64,000 bases of DNA from Azolla caroliniana (lineage: Eukaryota > Plantae > Polypodiophyta): contig JBHGNT010000017.1 of assembly GCA_043228905.1 (NCBI GenBank), positions 18,600,001 through 18,664,000 on the forward strand. The letters are read 5' to 3'. This document shows positions 35,480-49,750 of this stretch, piece after piece; the stretch's first letter is position 1, and every line of letters begins with the position of its first letter. A model generated the notes under the pieces. That model saw only the letters and a program-made list of their open reading frames with translations, made no database searches and was not told the DNA's origin. A program made the translations under genes and the position numbers.

Positions 35480-35990
35480 CAACCATCTCCCCGATTACCA
35501 CCAAAACCTGTACATACAAAAACAACTTATAAAGGGGTGTTGAAACTTGATGAGGTACATTGCCATGGCGTACCAATATTCAAGAAAAGGTCCATGGAAG
35601 TCGATAGTTCCATTGAGGCCCTTGATCTGACACTACAAAGAGGGGCAACTTTCTCTAATAAGTGAAGAAGCTTCTTCCTTCTCTTATTAACATTTTCTGG
35701 AGAACCATGCATATTATCATACTGCCCACAGACTACTGCCAGCAATTTCTCCCATATCTTGAACAGTACATCTACGAGACCAAGATTTGTTGCATCATAA
35801 AGTCGACTACATCTACATTTCCATAATGCCCATAATGTTACCGTAGTCACTGTTTTCCAGACATGGATAGATCGCACCTACTGAAATGGACTAACTGATA
35901 TCAATCTTCTATTGTGTACCATCATGGCCTCGTGAACATCGTTTGCCTTATACAACATCAAGCTTGAATCTTCTATTATGTAATCCTATT
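35480..35990 (-). mobile_element. 3' fragment of an L1 LINE ORF2
   Basis: VWKTVTTVTLWALWKCRC resembles WETISSITIWVLWTSRC at the end of the L1 near 49.5 kb. Confidence 0.6.
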
Positions 35991-37193
35991 TTATTTCAAT
36001 GCACATTCATTTAATTATTAAGCTTATGTGAATGCATCCAATAATCAAAGTTCAACTAGAAACATTACAATCTCTTAAACCATTTTTTGTCAAACGCTTA
36101 AAGGATTGATTCACATGTTGCATTTACCACATACAAATGGGCTTCTTCGAGGATTTGATTACCTACTCCATCCTCATAGTTCCTCATTTTAGGATGCAAT
36201 ATGCAATTGTCAATGTCCAATTTTTCAATTAAGTAATACACAAAAATGTGATGCATCAAAGCGTGTTTACAAATCAATGAGTGGTTGAGGGTTCTAAACT
36301 ATACTCCGAAGTGGTCCTCGAGAGCGAGCCCAAAAGTGGCTACTTTAATGACATCAATGGGGGGCTCATAAGCCCACGTAATATGCTTGAAAGACTCTAC
36401 ATGATCACAAGTGTCCTTGAATCCCTTTAATTGGGGGACCAACTTACTAATTTGGGCACGTTTAGCATTGTCGTTTTTAGGTCGCATTGAGGGGTTATTA
36501 TTTACTTCTCTCGCTCCTTTACTAATGTTGGTGTCTGGATTGACTATAGAGCTATAACTAGCTCTATGTTGGATGGTGTGCAAGAGGTGGAATCACATCC
36601 TAGGTCTACTCTTACTCAAGTTATTGGGAAAGTTCCTCAAGTAGCCTCCCATTGACAAGGTCAACAAGGTGCTACTTGGTTTATTATATGCTCATGTGAA
36701 CCAACTCTATGTTCATGCAGATTCAACTCTTGTTGTCCTTTTTGTGCATAGTTCATGGGGGTGTGTCAAGTGTTAATTGACATTATGTTATAACAACTCC
36801 TATCTCTCTAGTTACGGCCTCAAATCTTCCACCTTTTGTTAGCTGGGAGGGCCAAATTTCAATCTCTTTTCCAATGGCTTCATTTCTTATAGGATGTTTA
36901 GGCGATCACTATTACAAAAAATATGCTTATGCATGTGTAACGTGAGTGAGACCACCATGGACTTGAACTAGAGAAGATGGGTTTGGCTCAAGTTCGAATC
37001 TTTGTAACTGATGGTTATGGTGGGCTTTAACTTCCTCTCTATATTATTGATAGAATTCGAAAATGCCTAATTCTCTTTTAAATGTGTGTTTATGGCTATA
37101 TGTGAAAATGTCAAAATAATTATGTAGTTATCTTGTATATTTTTATATAAATGTTTATGTATATGATTATTTGTATGATAAATGATGAAGATA

Positions 37194-39616
37194 CAGTAAC
37201 CATTCGGTTAACTACGTGTCCAACCAAGTGCACTTTTTATAGATGTCAAAATCCTGTTCAAAAAAATTACATTGTTTCATGACAAAATACATTGAACTAA
37301 ATTGAAGCTTTCCAAAAATTCAAAAAATAACAAAATCATCAATAAAGATAAGATTTCTAAGTTCTTTCACAATTTCATACCAAAATCATGTAATGTCATT
37401 TTCCTACTTTTAGCGATAACTTAGAAACAATGGCAAAAAATCAACAAAATTAAGATTCCCAAGTCTTCCACTATTTCATACCAAAATCATGTATGGTCAT
37501 TTGCCTACTTTTAACGATACGCTTAGAAACAATGGCAGAATTTGCTTCTTGAATAATTTTATGAGCACTCGCTAAAGCTGATTTTAAACTTGCTTTGCTT
37601 TCTCAAAACTCAAATAAGTTGTTGTCATTATCAAGTTGAGCATGAGTTCGGTATCAACAATATTTTGCAATACTTCAAGAATAATCACATCTTCTTCCTT
37701 TAAGCATCCATGCATATCTTGCATCTCAACAAACTCAGAATCTAAGTCGTTTTCATCATATGCAAGTGGTTCATTGGTGTTGGATGCTTGTGTTATAACT
37801 TTATCAATCTCTTCAAGGAGATTTTGATTAAGTTTTTCTTATTCATTTGCATCTGCATTGACACATTCCATGATTTCCTCTCAAATTTCTTCTACATTAT
37901 GTGCATTTTCAAGCAAACTATAGTTACATAACAAAGCAACAAGATCATCAAGGCATTGATCTTCCATTTCAACGACTTCAACATCATTAATATGGAAAGA
38001 TGGAATAATAATTGTCGTTCTATGGCAATTAAAAAATGTCTCCTGCTTGATCTCATTCCAAGCAATAACAATGAGATTGGCAACATCTAGCAAATGTGCC
38101 GACTTTGCAAAAGCTAAACCAACAGAATCTCTTCTCATTCGTTTAGCTGCATCCTCCAAACAAATCTTAACATATTTTGGACTATCATGATATGTCAAAT
38201 TTTCTCTTATCAAATGATATTTGTACCTCTTTTTCAAAGTTGCAATAATTCCCATATTCGTTGGTTGCTTCCATGATGTGTCATTTGCTAGGAAAAAAAT
38301 CACTTTAATAGCATCACACTCAAATACTTCGGCATGACCAAGAGCATTATCAAGGATTAAAACGCACTTTGCAATTAGTTCAAGAACAAAAAAAAGTACA
38401 AACACATGATCAACCCACTTATTAAAAGCAGGGATATCAATGCAAGCATTTCTCTATGCTAAATAAGGTAATGACCAAGAATTTCCAACAATACAAGCAG
38501 GTTCTTAGCCTTTCCAATCATTGTAATAGGAACTTTTTCAGTTCCAGTCGCATTACAACAAACAACTAAGGTAACTCTATCTAGGAATTTTTTCTTTTCT
38601 CAAATTGTTGTAGGATCTTCAATAGGCAAAAGCATTGTGCGTCTAGGAACTAATCGAAAAAATAAGCCCATTTCATCCATATTGTAAACACAACTAGGAT
38701 CATACTCGTTAACTATAGCATAGAGCCTTTCCAAAAAAGCCAACAATTCAAGGTCATTTGGATCAACTTCCCCTCCTTCGCCATACAAACTAATAGTATT
38801 CAAACATTGGCGATGACGAAATTTCCAAAACCAACCCCAAGTTGCTTTGAAATCATCGTCACAAATATTCATTTGTGTAGCTAGTTGTCAAGCCTTCTCC
38901 ATAATAACTGATGGAGGCAATGCATTTGACAATCGACGAGATGCATCAATCCAGGCATACAAGTGTTCCCCTAATTTAGGATATTTCCCTTTAGATTCCC
39001 TAAAAGTTGTTTTCCTTGTGTTATGAACTTTTAATTGGACACGGATTCGTACCTCATCTTTCTTCTTGATCAAACTTCTAATCGCATATTCACTTACACC
39101 AAAATTTCTACCTATGTTGCAAAGAGAAGGAGCTAATGGTTGTTCCATTATCTCCAAATTTTGTAGCCTTTGTTCATGATTCAAAGGAGGTTCAACACCT
39201 CGCTTATGGGTTAAATTCATCTTTGTAATAAAGCGAATTAGCTAATTTCACATTGACTTATCTATTATATTAAATTCCCTAAACCCTCAGTCTAAGAAAC
39301 CCATGCTAAACCCTCGGTCTTAGAAAACTTGGAAATGCAAAGAAAGTCTACATACCCAGAGAAGACTATAGGAGCACAGTAGTGTCGTGAGCAACAACAT
39401 GGTGAAGCATCAGCCTCGTGAATAGTTGTGTGGGATCTATTAAGGAGAAAAGAGGATTTGATTGGTGGATGTTGGGGCTACACTTTCTCAAATGTGGAGA
39501 GAAAAGAAAATTTGGGAAAAAAATAATTTGTGTGTAAAAAGCCCTAAGTGTGTAGTTCAGTTAAGTGCACACTTTTTCCTTGTGATCAAAGTGCACGCTT
39601 AACTAAATGTTTACTG
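37194..39616 (-). mobile_element. pogo/Tigger-type Tc1/mariner DNA transposon with degenerate transposase
   Basis: TA-CAGTA...TACTG-TA imperfect TIRs with TA TSD; CENP-B-type HTH and DDE_1 motifs (GWFWKFRHR, YNMDEMGLFF, LILDNA, QPTNMG) in ORFs 39220-37881. Confidence 0.85.
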
Positions 39617-39619
39617 TAT

Positions 39620-40629
39620 TGTTAAGCACTTGGACAGCACCACGATCGGCTGTGAAGAAGGGTGCATCAACAAGGAATTTGTACGGTGTCAAAGATATCC
39701 GCATGCACGTGTAGGATCCGGGGTAGGACCATCGGGGTCTTGGACGAAGGAGCTGGAAAGAGAGTGCCAAGGAGAAGTATAGCTATCCGAATTGCTTCTC
39801 GATGACTTTGCTAGAGCGTTGCACGAACGAGTATACAGTTCAGATCAATCTCTAGAAGCTGGATGGGGAGCACATGGGCTCAGACGCGTGAACTACACCG
39901 GCCTATTACCGAACACCGGACGATGAGCACACGGGCTCAGGGACTCCGGTTAAGCTCACAACCGGAGAGAATGGAGATAAGAGTGTAGACAGAAGCAGAG
40001 AAAAGAAACTCAATGACACAGTGAAAACCGAATACAACAAATATGATCGATTAGTCCTTAAATATAGAGAGTGATACAATCCGGACACGACCGATAACAA
40101 CGCTTCGAGCTCTGCACACACATAGAACGATGAGCCTCTGGTCGGGAGCACACTATCTTCCTACGCGAGCAGAGGCCTCACCTTCTTCCCAGACCAGTAT
40201 AGAGCAAAACAGAGAGAACGATAGAGCTCCTGATCACCAAGCCAATAACACATCATTCTCCAAAAGATGGATACCTCACTCACCCACAACCCGCTCCTTT
40301 TATAGCTCAAGGAGAGGTTGTTACATCATGTTGTTAATACAGTCACTTTTTTGTCCCGATTCCCTCCTCGGTTTCCTCTCATCAATCCCCTTTATTCCTC
40401 TACTCGTGTGGTAATAAAAGTACCTATTGAATCACTCCTACCTACTATTAATCAACACTTAAACTAACATATACTATTTACACATATTGGTACATCAAAA
40501 CGGTTTCGTGTGAATTTGTGCACACCCCCGTTCACATGCTCACCGACCCGATGTCCTCCTTGTGTCCGAGATCCCCGTTCAACAGCGTCCGGCTGAGTTT
40601 TCTCTCGGTGGCCGGAATCCTTCACAACA
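39620..40629 (-). mobile_element. Possible solo LTR
   Basis: TGTT...AACA termini, CCTTTTATAG TATA near 40297, higher GC than flanks; no TSD found. Confidence 0.35.
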
Positions 40630-41145
40630 TCGGCTAAAGGAACCAAGAGCAAACCAAAGGAAAGAGGAGCTAATGGATGGTCATGTGTGAAAGGGCCATA
40701 CCCTAAGTGTAAATCCTATATAAACCACATGTGTGGTGTCTTTGTAAAGGTTCTTCCATTTGTAAAGATCTCCGTAGTGATTAAGAGCTTAAGCCTCCTC
40801 TCTTCTCTTCTTGTAACCTTTGAGTCTAAGAGAGTGTTTAGTAGAGAAACACTAATCTCTCTTCCTTGTTAGTGCTAGACCTCTAAGCAAGAGGGTAATA
40901 AAAGATATCTTTGTTTCCATTGTCTATGAGCGCGAGTGAGATAGATAGATAGAGAGTGAGTGAGTGAGTGAGTGAGTGAGTGAGTGAGTGAGTGAAAGAG
41001 AGAGATTATTCTTAATCACCTTTTAATCATTAAGTGAGTGTGTGGTTCGAAGGTGAGTGACAACCATCTTCACCTGCTCCAGACGATATCGAGGAGAGAT
41101 TAACTCCGTCAATACATAGATCCAACACAGAGATATAGAGAAGAG

Positions 41146-41738
41146 CATAGTTCTAGCCATACGTCTCAAACGTGTCATACTCATACGTGAATATTCGTAT
41201 CATACTCATACGTGAAATGGTTCCAAGTATGATTGGAATCCATTCGTCTATATTTATATTTATATTTATTTTTATTACTCTAAATTTTTTTTAAAAAATA
41301 TGAAAAATAGAAAATAATCAAGATTTTTATAGAAAATGGGCCGTGGCTGCTGCTGCGCTGCTGAGAGAAATCTCTCTCTGTGTGCCTCTGCTTCTAAGTT
41401 CTAGCTCTCAGACTCTTGACTCTCAGAAAATCAGACTCAGACTCAGTCTCGACTCTCGACTCTCGAGTCTCGACTGTTCACTGTTCACTCTCGACTCACT
41501 GCTCAGTCTCGACTCTCGACTGTTCACTCTCGACTCTCGTTAACGCTGCACGCATCAGAAAAAAACCCCCAAAAAAAACCGCCAAAAAAAACACCCAAAA
41601 AAAACCCCAAAAAAAATTAAAAAAAAACCAAAAAATTTTAAAAAAAATGGCAAACGAATATCGCGTATCATACGCGTACGTTTGCAAACGTTCGCGTACG
41701 TCCAATAAATTGGACGTACGCGAATATTAGGAACTATG
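41146..41738. mobile_element. Non-autonomous hAT-like element (MITE)
   Basis: TIR CATAGTTC/GAACTATG; 8-bp TSD GAGAAGAG (41138-41145, 41739-41746); subterminal TACG repeats; internal CTCGACT repeats. Confidence 0.8.
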
Positions 41739-43844
41739 GAGAAGAGATAGAGAAGAGAAGAGGAAGAGGAAGAATGTTACAATATACTATTATGGAAACA
41801 ATACAAACTTGTTAGAGTCCAACCATAACACCAAAGAACTACTTGATTTTCAATCATCCAAACTCATAAAGTCCTTTCTTCATCTCCCTCTTTCTTCTAC
41901 TATGCCTCTTCTCACTTCTTCTAAACTTCAATAATTCTTTTTCTCTTATGGCTAAGAATCCACTCCTATTTGTAGATTTTTTGGTTGTGTTCTTCATAGG
42001 GTATTCTTACTTATTTTTTATTTATATACTTGAGTCAATGTGAGATGTTTTTACATCACTATTTTTCCTCTATAACCCCAATTTCGACATACAAGATATT
42101 TTTGGAATGCTCTTGTCGTCATGTTTTTATGAATCTTTTCTTTCGAAAGTTGGATATCAAATGAAGAATAATATGCTTTTTTATCTATCTAAATCTTCGT
42201 ATCCATGGCCTACTTTTTTCTACTTTTTGACGTTTTTGAAAAAATGACTTTATTTGTATCCATTCGAGCTCCTTCTTTGATTGTTATGATACTTCATATT
42301 GAGCTTTATTCTTGGGCATCCTATCATCCAACATATTTGCAACGATCTTTTCCTTCAAACAAAAACTAACTTCACAAAAATATATGTGTAAATGAAGTGC
42401 CTTTAGGTGCTTATGCATATATGCACTTGAATATAAGTATAAATGTGTGTATCAATATATGAGGGTGCGCAAATGTGTATATGCGTGAATGGGCATGTAT
42501 GTATGTCTAGGTGTGGTTGGGGTTTAGGGTTTAGGGTTTATGTTAATATGTAAGTCCAAATAGTAATGTGAATGCAAGTGCTAGAGTGTGTGCTTGTGTA
42601 AGGGTATATGTTCTTATGTAATTTTGCTAAGATGTATGTTCATACATGTAAATATGTATTAGTAATTTAGTATGCAAGTTTACTATATTCATGGGTAAGA
42701 AGGGTATTTGGGGAAATGAAAAAGTGTTTTAAGTCTTGTCATTAGGGTCCTAATAAATTTCTTTACTTTTTTTCTAAGGTATAAAGTGACGAGTTGAGAG
42801 CAGTTGACATGGCAACTAACCCATATTAACTTGAGAGGGCTTACAATAATAATCAGATACACATGAGAGGAAATCTCATCTCCATTTCATGGAGTGGCTT
42901 AATCGACAAATAGTCAAGATAGGAATAGTACAAGACCATGGAGAAGTGCTTTGGAAGGAAATCCTCGAGTATCAGTGCAACATTTGAACAAATGACAACC
43001 ACGCCGCCTTTTGTCACCATTGGTCTTGCACAATCTCTTAATTCGCAACCCCAAGCTCAATCAATATTTTACTTGTGTTGTTGCTTTGCACAAAATTTAG
43101 ATTCCCAATAATGAGCTCTCTTCTCTCTTTTATAGGCTCTTTCATCTACTCGTGCAAATGAAAATAGTAAATGCTTCTTTTAGCATGCACTTGTGTGAGC
43201 AAAGTGTTCATTGTCACGTACATATTTTTCATGTCTTGAGACTCATTCCATCTCTTGACCTTCTTGTCATATCTTTGTCCTAACCTTCAACCTTCCATAT
43301 AATCTTGGAGTTCGACGCTTTTCTCTCCATGAACACACCACATCAAGATATCATGGTTTGAAGTTATTCGATCTATGCCAAAGTCACTATCTACTGATGT
43401 GGGGGTGTAGGAGGTGCGAGCATGTTCACTACTATTCAAGTATAGTTTCAATGCTAGCCCAAGTGTTAGCTCGCCAAGTTGTGCTTGGTTGGGTTCATTT
43501 TTGGATGTTACGGTTGACATAACATTAAATAGGTCATTCCATGGGACCTTCCCTCGTGACATTTTTTAATCTGTGTGTGCGGTCAAGAACGGTACATATG
43601 TATACAAATTAATTATGCAAGTAAATTTTTATATTTTAAACTCATGGACTAGAAGCTTCACATGTTGAGCCTCGTGGGACAACTTTGTAGGCTACTCATC
43701 ATTTGTTGAGCCTCATGTGCTAAACCTCAAGGGAGAAGGTTGGCGTAGGGGGGGGGGGGGGGGGGGGGGTGTGTAAGTTTAGGATAATTTCATGTATTGG
43801 AAAATTACATCATGGCCAACTCGTGTATGGCTTAAAGTGGTGCA

Positions 43845-46800
43845 ATGTATTATGAACCCATGATATTATACTCTTTGCCTGCTTCCCTGGAAAAAGAAGG
43901 CATTACATGGTATATTCCGACATATTACACAAATATGACGAGTGCGTTCGGTGTTGTGACAACACGTAGAAGGGACTCCATTGCACCACCCTTCGCTTCC
44001 TCTCTAGTCGCAGATCTCACGGTGGACTTCTGTCTCTCTGCTGCTATAGAACAGAAGTTACATGTAGAGGTGGATCGCTTGCAACAACATTCAATTGTTA
44101 TTTATGATGTGGGAGGTCGTCGAAATTGGGATGAGTTGTGTCATCTACTACAGGCTCGGTTGCAAGGTGAGTTAGCACAAATAATCGACATCCAATTTCT
44201 CGGAAAGGATTGCTACCACATTGAATTTAATAGTGGTAATATGGTGGATAAATTGCTTCTGTTGGGTAGTGTTAAGATAAAAGGAATATGGATGCAATTT
44301 TTTAAATGGTATGTGGGATTCAATTTAGATGACTTGAGAGAGACAATTGCTAGGCAATTTGTTTTCTCTGTTATGTTCTCGGCCTTACCCAAAGAGTGGT
44401 GTCCGGTAATAAATGATATTGCGGCCACAATTGGGCAATTGATAGATGACGATGTAGAAATTGATAGGTTTAATTCAAAAAACCAGAATACACCAATAGT
44501 GCGGTTGTTAGGTCATAGCAATATGGTTCTTCCCGCATCGATTCAATTGTTGCCATTGTGTGGTGGCAAAGTGCGAGTACAAAAGATTATATATGCTAGA
44601 TTGCCGAATCAGTGCTTCAAATGTAGGCAAATTGGGCATATGGCAAACGATTGTATATGGCAGAATGTGCCTCATGTGAATAGTATGGAAAATTTTAAAG
44701 AAAAAGGGGCTACATATGTGGTGGACGATTGGACTACAATGAGAAAAGGACAAATTTTTCTTCTTGCAAAGAATGTGAACCTTTCTAATATTAAATGGGT
44801 TCCAACAAGAAATAGATTTGGACCCATTGGTAATCTCACACAAACATTGTCATTGGATGATGTTTTGCTTGAGGAGGTAAATGAAGCTTCCATTACCAAA
44901 CATAAATTGATATGGATCGAATTATAGATCGTGCCCTTTCTACTTCTTCGATGAATATAGATGTTAATTATTTACTAGACTCTTTGGTGGGTGAGGTACA
45001 TACCAAGGATAATCATACCTTGGTACACAATAATGAGGATCTAGGGATGAAGGGAGATGAAAACTTGCCATTAGTTGTATATGCAGAAAAGGAAGGTCAC
45101 ACGGCCCGTTAGGAAGACTCTAATGTGGAAAAAAGTAGGGAAGAGGTTAACTTGTTGCAAATTGTGACTACTGAAATTTGTCACTCATCAAGGGAGAATC
45201 CCCATAATTACAATGGGCATATAACTAGATCAAGGGAAAAATATTTAGAGAGTAGGTTTCATTCTAATCACCACTTTAATCATGAAATTGTTGCATTTGT
45301 GCATTGTACTCTTAATAAGGTCGTGGATAGAAATAATATGATTAATCGATTTATGCATCATGCAAGAAAACATGGTACTATTTCTTATTCAAATAAGATG
45401 TCCCTTAAGAGATTGAAAATTAGCAATAAAGATTACAAGTTTAAAAAGTCTACATTGGATGGGAGAACTAAGGTTAGTAGACAACTTTTGTTGAATTATG
45501 GATAATTTCCGAATTTTGTCTTGGAACATTCAAGGGCTTGGAGGGGCTCTTAGTAAGAAGTTTAAAGGTAGAGTCTGTCAAGAGTTGCATAAGTTTAATG
45601 TGGATGTCCGTGATATGATCTATTTACAAGAAACTCATCTATCGGATAAGCAAATAATTACATATGGGAACATATTGAAAGGAAATTGGAAATACTATTG
45701 GAATCCTATGATTGGCAATCAAAACAAACATGGAGGTTTATGTATAGCCTTAGCAAAGAAATGGAGTTAGCAAGTGCTAGATTGTCATGTATTGGTCGAT
45801 GGAAGACCTCAATACATCATCCTATTGATCTCCAGCCTTAAGTTGGGCTTTCTTAATATTTATGCTCTGAATTCGAGAGGGGCTAGAAAGGAATTTTGGT
45901 TTAAGATAGGAGCTAGTTTACTGTCAGTGGATCATTGGTGTATGGTGGATGATTTTAATATGATTGAGGATTTTGGTGATAGGATTGGAGGATCTCATGC
46001 TTTGATAAGTGCATCTGGGTTAATAACTTTGGAAAGATTATGTTTATCATTGAGATTACAAGATGCATGGCATGTTACATCTTTTGATCGATTAAAAGAT
46101 TCATTAAGTTTCTCTCAATCAAATAGAAGACAACAAAGGGTAAATTTGTCACGTTTGGATAGAATATACATTGATGATTTTTTATTGCAAAATGGTGGGG
46201 AGATTGGTATTGTATTAGGCTCTTTATTCTCAGATCATGCACCTGTGATTATGGTTGTTGGAAAACAACCATATCATAAATAATTGTGGTCGTATTCCAA
46301 AATGGATTTATTTGGATACGTCTCTTAGACATGATATTGTACATATGTGGGAAGTGCAAAATACATCTTCTGCAAATGTCTTGCAAATGGTCAACTTTGC
46401 TATTTAGAGTACTTCGAAATTTCTTAGATTTAAAGTATTCAAGACTATGGAGAAATGTAAGTTACAAATGGCTGCTAATAGGAGGGCTTTGAAGTCTCTT
46501 CAGCATTTTCAGGAAAAATGTCAACATGCATCTTGGGTTGAAATAGAGTTGGGTCACTTAAGAAATGAACTACTAAATTTAGAAGATAAGATATCTCAAA
46601 CAAAGTTTCATGCTGCTGCTACAAAATGGGCTAGATTAGGTGATAAAATTGAATTCCGAATTTTTTGCATGGTATAAAGGTGGTCATTCAGGTAGTTGTA
46701 TGAGACAACTTCAAAGGGAAGATGGGTCTATCACAAATGACACTAATGAAATGAGGGACATTGCTACGTCTATGGAGAAATGTAAGGTACAGATGGCTGC

Positions 46801-49750
46801 TAATAGGAGGGCTTTGAAGTCTCTTCAGCATTTTCAGGAAAAATGTGCACATGCATCTTGGGTTGAAATGGAGTTGGGTCACTTAAGAAATGAACTACTA
46901 AATTTAGAAGATAAGATATCTCAAACAAAGTTTCATGTTGTTGCTACAAAATGGGCTAGATTAGGTGATAATGTGAATCCCAAATTTTTTGCATATTATA
47001 AAGGTGGTCATTCAGGTAGTTGTATGAGACAATTTCAAAGGGAAGATGGGTCTATCACAAAGGACACTAATGAAATGAGGGACATTGCTACATCCTTTTA
47101 TAAAAATCTACTAAATGCCCAACAATTTTCGGTTCAACACCAAAAAAGGAAAATTAGTTTTGGACTGTCTAGAACATAAGGTCTCAAATGAGATGGCCGA
47201 ATCATTGGTAAAGACAATCTCTTCTGCAGAGGTAAGAGTTGCATTGGTGACTGTTGGGAAGAATGTATGCCCAGGAAATGATGGATTATCACCATAATTC
47301 TTTTTAGAATATTGGGATGATATAGCCGATGTTTTCACATCCTCTTTACAAGAAGTTTTTAAGTTGGGAAGGATGCCTCTAAATGGAATGAAGGAATGGT
47401 TTATTTGATTCCAAAGTTAGAAGATGTGGTGGATGATATTAAGAAATGGAGGCCTATAATTTTATTAAATATTGTATATAAAGTTTATGTTAAATTATTA
47501 GTGACACGTTTGCAGCCTTTTCTTCCACAAATTGTGCATAAAACTCAGACGGGCTTTATACAAGAGAGTATATTTGATAATATTTTCATGTTTTGGGAGA
47601 TGATAGCAATAACACAAGAAACAAAACAAGGATTGACAATATTGCTTTTGGATTTTTGAAAGCATATGACCGAGTCTATTGGAATTTCTTATACAAAGTT
47701 ATGGGTCGTCAAGGTCTTCCAAGTGACTATGTTAAGGCTATTTTTGCATTATATAATTCAACATCTAGTCGAGTTCTTGTTCTGTGTGATATTTGTGGGT
47801 GCCAAGTGGGAATTAATCTTCCTCAAGAAGCTCATATACAACCATTACTGCTTTCTTTGGGGAAGAAGTTGATCTTTTGGAGTTCTAAGAATTTGTCACT
47901 TGCGGGGAGGCTAGCTATTTCTAATCAAGTATTACTCTCCTCAATGTGGTATATTCTATCCTCTTGGTTATTCTCCAAATATTTTTTGTCAAAGTTATAG
48001 AGATTGATTAGGAATTTTTTATGGGGATCTACTGATTGTAAGAATGTTAGACCAAAGGTAGCTTGGAAAACTATTATAGCGTCGACTTCTCAAGGGGGTT
48101 TAGGTTTGGTAGATCCTCTAATGCAATGTAAGGTATTATTGGCAAATTTATAGTACAAGGATTACTGCCAAGAAATGAGCCTTGGTAGATGCTTCTTCAG
48201 TTCAGAATGAAAGAGGTCTTCCCGAAAACTAGAGGTGAATGGGCAAGGTCTCTTTGATGGTGGTTTATTCCTATAACTTCCATTCGCATAAGATAGTGTT
48301 TCAAAATGATAGATTCTTCGTTGCGATAAAGCGAGCCTGGTGGTCCATAAAGGATAATTTACAACAAGTCCGACCCAATTCGATGGATGAAAGGTTACAT
48401 CAGCCCTTGGTTTGGAATCCTTTATTTTTAGATGTTGGGGAGGAGAGTAAGATTAAATTGGGCTCAAGTGGATTCATCTTTTGCCTCATCACTTAGTAAT
48501 TGGCAACAATTTGTTCACAACCCTACTCATATTATTCAACAAGATTATAAAGGAATAAGAGGAGGAAAGGTGATAGTTCATGAGTTAAGGAAGTTTGTAG
48601 TTACCCTTGCAGGATAATATACTTTCTAATTGCCATAAGTGGGTGGGATTATTTTCAAATTTTCAGGTTTTACTTGGAGTCTGTGGCCTTAGAGATTATG
48701 GTACTTTCTCAAGTTATGATGTTCTACAGGATGGACGATTAGGGATGATTCCCCGGGAAGATGAATGTTTTAGCTAAGGCTATATTAAAATCTATTAGAA
48801 TTCTAGCTAAGGTAGATAAGGTTTGGGTCCTTGACCCTAATCCTAATTATGTTCATCCATGGTGGGATCTATGGGTAGTGGGAAAAAAACCATTATGTGA
48901 ATTGGAATGGGACCCAAGAGAATGGACGTGGCTACCTACATCATATTCTAGGGAGGATATTAAGCTAATTCCGTTTTTTCAATATTCCATTCGATTGGGA
49001 AGGGAGATGATAAGACGCAGGGTACCCCATTGGCCAACAACAACTACAACATGGTTGAGTTATAATGTTGATCCTACTCACATGACAACATTTTGGAAAT
49101 GGTTATGGGCTATGCAAATTCCAAAGAAGATTATTCTATTTAGATGGTTGATTGTTCATTGTGCGGTTCTTGTTAGGTTTTGGATGTATTGTAAAGAAGT
49201 GGATAAAATGTGTGATTTTTGTGGGTTAGAAGTGGAATCGTTTCGTCACCTATTATGGTCATGTATGGCTACCCAATTGGTTTGGAAAAGGTTTTTACGT
49301 CTCTTGCATGAGGTTTATGGCTCTAGAGTATATAAATGGGGGGCAATGATGTGGGTTGATATTAAGTGTGAGGTATAAGATTATGAAAAAGAAAATGTTA
49401 ACTTTGCATTATATACAAGAAGTCAATATGTTGAGGAAGTGTTGCCATGTATGCATATTAATTCAATCCAGAATGGAGTGGTTTGGGAGACGATTAGTTC
49501 AATAACCATATGGGTTTTGTGGACCAGTAGATGTCGAAGGATATTTCAGCAAATTCAATGGAATGTTGTGGATGTAGTCAAGGAGATTTGGGTGACCTTG
49601 GTGCATACACTAAAAGGAGAATATGATGCTACTAAAGGGAAGAGATGGGAAAGCAAGAGGTTTTTAAGAAGAGATGGGAAAGCATGAAGGTATTCTGCAT
49701 GGTTAATGGTGGTAGACGTTGCAGGTATCATCCACCACTCTGGGTATTTC
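43845..49750 (+). mobile_element. Near full-length L1-clade LINE (ORF1 plus ORF2), degenerate
   Basis: ORF1 with CFKCRQIGHMANDC knuckle; ORF2 ILSWNIQG, SDHAP, WRPIILLN, C-terminal CDFC...HLLWSC; RT core deleted near 47790; 325-bp duplication. Confidence 0.9.

Noticed and set aside
36299-36583. Possible retrotransposon gag remnant
   Set aside because: Too short and degenerate to call without a search.
40630-41061. Possible LTR fragment with TATA and (GTGA)n ending TGACA
   Set aside because: No partner LTR, PBS or TSD identified.
42520-42540. Interstitial TTTAGGG repeats
   Set aside because: Only about three units; common in plant repeats.
43748-43769. Poly-G tract upstream of L1 ORF1 (possible G-quadruplex)
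   Set aside because: Simple homopolymer with no supporting evidence of function.
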